A stretch of 45,037 nucleotides of DNA from Octopus bimaculoides (taxonomy: Eukaryota): NCBI RefSeq assembly GCF_001194135.2, contig NC_068991.1:36180068-36225104 (forward strand), read 5' to 3'. Made by a program: the position numbers and the translations under genes. A model generated the notes under the pieces. The model worked only from the letters and a program-made list of their open reading frames with translations, did no database searches and was not told where the DNA came from. Positions within the stretch are counted from its first letter, which is position 1. The number at the start of each line of letters is the position of its first letter. This document shows positions 38,968 through 45,037 of the stretch, one piece after another.

Positions 38968-40084
38968 TGGAATCGAATTTACAAAGACAGGAATATTTGA
39001 TTTTGATTGTATAAATAGAACTCAAAAATCTATAGACCTCAGTTTGATAAGTTGAAACATTATTGTGAAGTAACAAATATTTACTGTTTGAAGTCTCAAA
39101 TTCAAATAAATAAATATAAAATAAAAAGACTACAAGACACACATAAAATGTGGGGAAATTGTAAAATTGTATTAAATCGAGAGAGAGAGAGAAAGAGAGA
39201 GAGAAGGGGAAGGGAGGGTGTAATGATAGTGTTTGGTGAGGTTGGTGGGTTTTAGTAGAGATTAAACCCAATTACAAAGAGGTCCACAGTGCAAATCTGA
39301 AAACTGCAAAAGGTGTCCACCAAAACCAATTATTTAAGATCATAAAAGTATAACAAGCACAGTCACACTTGGTTGGTAACTAGTGTTTGTTTTGTGTTTT
39401 GCTTGTAGTTTTTATCAATTTATTTCTTCAGATATTTTTTTGTCTACTTCCTTGCTTTTTATAGATTTTGGAAAAAAAAATATAATCCTGATTTCTGTTT
39501 TATTTTCTATTTGATTTTGAAGTTTCAATTATTGATGTCAGTTTTGTTTGGCCTTAAGTCAATCTAGATTGAACAAACTTATGACCAAAATCATTCCAAC
39601 CATCACCAAACTATTTTCTGTTTGTTTTTTTAATCATTGTACTGAGTATTTAGGAGTATATTATCCAATGTACCTTTATTTTTGATGGTTGGATAGGTGT
39701 CTGTTATTTCTAGCATGCCAAAAGACCATGTAAAGGTACTGATTTTTAGTGAAAATTAGAGCTAGTTGAATTAATAGGTGGCTACTGATTTGCCAAGGTG
39801 TTTCATGGTTCATGCTTCATATTCTGCCAAGCCATATCACTGAAGTGTGTCACCAGCAAAGGCACTTCACATTTCCCTTTGCACAAGTCTACCAACCAAG
39901 GCAGAACTCCTGTACACTGCATCAACAAGCAACAAGAGTGCAACTCCAATTATTCATGTAATGAATAATTGTTGGAGAAAACAATGATGTAGAGAAAATT
40001 AAACTTTCTTGTCTATAATAATACTTCAGTTATCAACTTCCACATATATATTATAATTCAACTCATGCTTGTTTTGTATATATT

Positions 40085-40160
40085 ATGTGCCACGTCCCTG
40101 CGTTGTTGTTTCTTCTTGTCTGATTTTCTGCATTTTTTTGATTAATTATATATATATTTA
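40085..40160 (+). mobile_element. Penelope-like pLTR tail fragment
   Basis: cacgtccctgcgttgttgtttcttcttg matches 3531-3560. Confidence 0.5.
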
Positions 40161-40820
40161 AACATATATATATGTATANNNNNNNNNNNNNNNNNNNNNN
40201 NNNNNNNNNNNNNNNNNNNNNNNNNNNNNNNNNNNNNNNNNNNNNNNNNNNNNNNNNNNNNNNNNNNNNNNNNNNNNNNNNNNNNNNNNNNNNNNNNNNN
40301 NNNNNNNNNNNNNNNNNNNNNNNNNNNNNNNNNNNNNNNNNNNNNNNNNNNNNNNNNNNNNNNNNNNNNNNNNNNNNNNNNNNNNNNNNNNNNNNNNNNN
40401 NNNNNNNNNNNNNNNNNNNNNNNNNNNNNNNNNNNNNNNNNNNNNNNNNNNNNNNNNNNNNNNNNNNNNNNNNNNNNNNNNNNNNNNNNNNNNNNNNNNN
40501 NNNNNNNNNNNNNNNNNNNNNNNNNNNNNNNNNNNNNNNNNNNNNNNNNNNNNNNNNNNNNNNNNNNNNNNNNNNNNNNNNNNNNNNNNNNNNNNNNNNN
40601 NNNNNNNNNNNNNNNNNNNNNNNNNNNNNNNNNNNNNNNNNNNNNNNNNNNNNNNNNNNNNNNNNNNNNNNNNNNNNNNNNNNNNNNNNNNNNNNNNNNN
40701 NNNNNNNNNNNNNNNNNNNNNNNNNNNNNNNNNNNNNNNNNNNNNNNNNNNNNNNNNNNNNNNNNNNNNNNNNNNNNNNNNNNNNNNNNNNNNNNNNNNN
40801 NNNNNNNNNNNNNNNNNNNN

Positions 40821-40871
<51 letters not shown>

Positions 40872-41284
40872 TAGTCTTCACTGGTTTTCCCGTTAGCTAT
40901 TGTTCAATATGGAATAATACTTTATTGATCTAATTCTGTCAAGAATGATCAGAAGTTACATTTTATTTAATCATATTTTTAATGAGAAAGCATTTATGGT
41001 TTAAACATTTTAGTTTCAATAGCAAATTAATAATTTCATTTAATCAACTATCTGATCATTCAATTAACAATTTAATCTATTAACCCATGAAACAAATTCT
41101 TTGTCAGCAATATCAGGAAATAAATAAGGATATAAACAACCTTAAAACCGTCCCGAAAAATGTTAATAATAAACAAGGCTAACTATAACAAATAACATGG
41201 GGATAGGGAATGAATTGTTTTGAAGAGCCATGAACATCACCACTTCCCATGAACAAGATTAACTTTTTACTTTTCCCAACAGAG

Positions 41285-41405
41285 CTTCTTGTGGAGGTAT
41301 ATAACTTAGTGGCTAGGATGTTGGACTCATGATCATAAGATTCTGGTATCAATTCCTGGACCATTCTTGAGCAAAACACTTCATTCCACATTGCTCCAGT
41401 GTCCT
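41285..41405 (+). mobile_element. tRNA-derived SINE head (A and B boxes decayed)
   Basis: tagtggctagg...ggtatcaattcctgg...cttgagcaaaacactt. Confidence 0.65.
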
Positions 41406-41799
41406 ATCCAAAGAGGAATATATATACAGGAGAAACCAAGAAACCTGCTCTATGCTTCTTACTGAGTAATGTGGACTAATCAGTAGAGCATGTTTTGGGA
41501 GAAGCATGAACCTCCCCTCAACAACATCATGATATCTTTCTACCAATATGTCTTCTGTAAATGCATTACATTAATGCAGAACATCATTTAAAGGAAGAGA
41601 CATAATTGTCTCTTGCTTATAATGTCCTGGTGCTGTACATGACTCATTATCTTCTTTGAGAGAGACCTCAACTTCACAACCCACCATTTTAAGTCTGCTA
41701 GATACTATTAATTTCAGATCCTTATCACCACTAAGGAAAGTTTGAATGTCACGAATACCAAAATATTTTGTCATAGATATTGATTGAACTCAATTTGTT

Positions 41800-41837
<38 letters not shown>

Positions 41838-41874
41838 CTACTACCATCATTGTTACTGTTATTATTATTATTTG

Positions 41875-42320
41875 AATGGGGATTGGCAAAATTGTTTGAG
41901 CATTAGACAAAATAATTGCTGTATTTGTTCATAATTCTTAATGTTCAGAGTTCAAAATCGTGCTGACATCAAATTTATCTTTCATTGCTTTGGGGCCAAT
42001 AAAGTAAAGCACCATTCAATTATTGTCGTCATTGGCTTCTACTAATCCCATTCCCTTAAAATTTCTGGGCCTGTTTATAAATCAGAAACTATTGTTGTTG
42101 TTATTATTATTAAGGTGATGAACCGGCAGAATTGTTACTGGAAAAAAATGCATAGCAGCATTTCTTCTGACTTTACGTTCTGAGTTGAAATTCTGCTGAG
42201 ATCGACTTTGTCTTTCATCCCTTTTGGGATCAATAAAATAAGTATAGTTGAGTACTGGGATTGATGTAATCAGATTACCCCCACCTCCAAAATTGCTAGC
42301 CTCATGACAAAATTTGAAAC

Positions 42321-42385
<65 letters not shown>

Positions 42386-42700
42386 TTACTAGCACTACTA
42401 CAATTATAATGAATGGTCGAATCAGTAATCAGTAGCATATCAAAGAAACCACATCACATGTTCTGAATTCAAATCTTGCTGTCCTTCTAGATTTGATGAA
42501 ATATGGATCATTCAGATACAGAAGCATATAAAAGTAATCACTCCTGCCAAAAGTCAATGGCTTCATGTTCAAGTTAGAAACCCTCCTCCTCCATCCCCTC
42601 ATCATCATCATCATGATCATAAATAATAATAATAATAATACTAAAGGACAGTGGATGGCAGAGTCATTGGTAGAACACTAGAAAATACATTCTATGATAA
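41875..42700 (+). mobile_element. cluster of 3-4 head-to-tail SINE copies separated by (TTA)n/(CAT)n tails
   Basis: Copies at ~41875-42090, 42110-42322 and 42410-42590, plus a head at ~42645; homologous to 44216-44423. Confidence 0.75.
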
Positions 42701-43066
42701 ATGATGTAAATGTTTGAAAAAACTCGTTGACCAATGCAGGTGAGAAGTTAGGCAAAGTACGTAAGGTGATATCAATAAATGAAAAACAAAGAGAAAAGAA
42801 TATACCTTACTCACACTGTTTAATGGTCCTTTACTATTTCAGAAAAGATACCCTTTTTCAAAGAAAGCAAATAATCAAAGAGTCGAGAGAAATATGATTT
42901 TACAAAAATATGTTTTATTATGCTGATATTGATATTTCTAAATTGATCTTTGTCCTAATTACACTTGAGCCAACTATGTCTTTCAGTATTGAAGGTTGAT
43001 CAAAATAGATATCAGTGAAGAACTGCAAACAATTTACTTGACTGTTTAATCTGCCAATATTTTTAC

Positions 43067-43197
43067 CTTTACAAGGTAATGGTGTGCTAGGAATGGTAGA
43101 ATACCAGACAAAAAGCCTTGCAGCAGGTAGTCATAACACCTTTCCATAATGGCTTTAAATTTCAAAGTGGTTGTTGTAGCCTTTAATATTTCAGAGT
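43067..43197 (-). CDS. candidate exon (DSEILKATTTTLKFKAIMERCYDYLLQGFLSGILPFLAHHYLVK)
   Basis: Acceptor tattttatag| and donor AAG|GTAAAA; 43 open codons. A competing + strand 51-nt exon lies at 43076-43126. Confidence 0.25.
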
Positions 43198-43820
43198 CTA
43201 TAAAATAGGCATGAATCTTATACTGAGGACAATTATCTCTGAATTTGACAAATCAATTAGTAATATATCTGTTACCTTTAAATTTGACCTTGTTCCCATA
43301 TCACAAATCATATAAATTAACAAATTTAGTTTGCAACATTAAATTTCTTTATTCAAAACATGTAAAATGTTGTAAATCATTGTAAATCATTGAAGCAAGT
43401 ACCAGAAATTCATTAATCAGTTCATATTTGCCAGATTCAGCATGAAGACTTTATCCATTATGTGATAATTAGTTATGTTAAACTTGTTGCTATATGTTTT
43501 AATATATTTGAAAAGGTTTTAAAGTTATTTAAATATAAATGATGTTGCTTATATATTGGTAATATTTATAATATTGCCTCTTATAAACATGCATATGTGT
43601 GTGAGTGTGTGTGTGCATGTGTGTGTATGTCTCCATGAGTATGTGTGTCTGTGTGTGTGCACTTGTGTGTGCGTGTATGTTCATTTGTGTGTGTATGTGT
43701 ATGTTTGAGTATAATCAATGATTTTAATGATAGACAGACAGCCACACACACGTGTCTGTGAAAATGAATACTCATACACACAGATATATATTTATATATT
43801 GATATCCACATATATATATG

Positions 43821-43858
<38 letters not shown>

Positions 43859-44215
43859 TCTCTCTCTTTCTCTCTATCTCTCTCTGTATATATATATATA
43901 TCAGTACCAGAAGGGATACGGCATAATCATCATCACAATTATCATTGTCATCATCAAAATCATCAACGACAACATCATCATCGTCATAATTTTAATTACG
44001 CTACTGCATGGGCCAAATGGGATTGAAGCAATCTGTCTACAGCTAGATGCCATTTGTGTTACCAATCCATTACCTGTTTCCAGGCAATGTAATATTTCTT
44101 CATGTGTTAGCATGTTTTCATGGATGGCTGAAAATTATGAAATTGTGGATATTGCAATATATATACATATATATATTGGAGCATCCATAATTTTATAATT
44201 TCAGCCTTATATATG

Positions 44216-44419
44216 TGAGTTGGCAGAAATGTTAGCACACCAAGCAAAATGCTTAGTGATATTTCATCTGTGTACGTTCTGAGTTCAAACTCCACTGAGG
44301 TAGACTTTGCCTTTCATCCTTTCAAGGTTGATAAATTAAGTACCAGTTGTGTACTAGGGTCGATCTAATCGACTGGCCCCCTCTCCCAAAATTTCGGGCC
44401 TTGTGTTTAGAGTAGAAAA

Positions 44420-44423
<4 letters not shown>
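44216..44423 (+). mobile_element. near full-length SINE
   Basis: ttggcagaaatgttagc...ttctgagttcaaactcc (B box)...gactttgcctttcatcc...gggtcgatctaatcgactggccccc...agagtagaaaagaat, followed by (AT)n. Confidence 0.85.
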
Positions 44424-44456
<33 letters not shown>

Positions 44457-44460
<4 letters not shown>

Positions 44461-44694
44461 GCAGAGTTGGCCAAAAGTTACTGGACAGTAAATAAAAATT
44501 CCATAAATACTATCTGTAATTCTGTATTGACTCAAATGGAAAAATTTGTCACTGTAGAAGGACTTCAGTTTGAACAATTTTCATGATGTCTCATATGCAA
44601 ACATTTTTATTAAATACATTCAGTTGTTAAACATAAATAAATTTTGGAATTAAATGCTTCTCATTTACTGTCAGGTGACATTTGGCCAACCCTG
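44457..44694. mobile_element. Tc1/mariner-type MITE with ~32-bp TIRs and TA flanks
   Basis: Left cagagttggccaaaagttactggacagtaaat; right end reverse complement cagggttggccaaatgtcacctgacagtaaat. TA at 44695-44696. Confidence 0.85.
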
Positions 44695-45037
44695 TATATA
44701 TATATATAAATTTAAATATAGAAACGAAAGAGCTACTAACAGATTCATGCTAATATGATATTTGAACAGGCATATTTATAAAATGCACCATATGATTTAA
44801 AGCATGCAAAACCTAGTTAGTAAAGTGTGAAATAGTGTTAAGATTACAGTTTTTGATCAGCTAAAGGGATATTATTCATTAGCTAAATGGTTAAAATTTC
44901 ATTATACATCATTGTACAACCCTTATATGTAGAAATAACTGAATACCTGCATATCAAACAGTATATAATATTCACCTACAAATATATATATAAATATATG
45001 TTTGTGTGCTTGTGTATGTATATATATATATATATAT

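Overview
AT-rich, intron/intergenic-type animal DNA from a gappy draft assembly: many N runs, mostly flanked by (TA)n, (TG)n or (AG)n. The repeat landscape (tRNA-derived SINEs, RTE, Tx1, RLE-type and CR1-like LINE relics, mariner, MITEs, a Helitron-like element, dense microsatellites) most resembles an octopus/coleoid cephalopod genome; this is recognition from memory, not a search. Only one host coding exon is well supported: a + strand terminal exon at 7527-7865 encoding two TM helices and a cytoplasmic tail of a CD20/MS4A-like (TMEM196-like) tetraspan protein. The region right of about 14 kb looks CpG-decayed, like a methylated gene body, and holds several weak candidate exons that I cannot assign to a protein. 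Most ORFs in the supplied track are artefacts of N gaps, microsatellites or TE relics. I found no convincing new biological system. The best leads are (TAA)n-embedded RLE (R4/Dong-like) retrotransposons, a decayed Penelope-type hammerhead ribozyme, a ~530-bp foldback, an RFX X-box promoter candidate, and an inverted repeat covering a candidate splice donor. Coordinates were counted by hand; TE boundaries are approximate.
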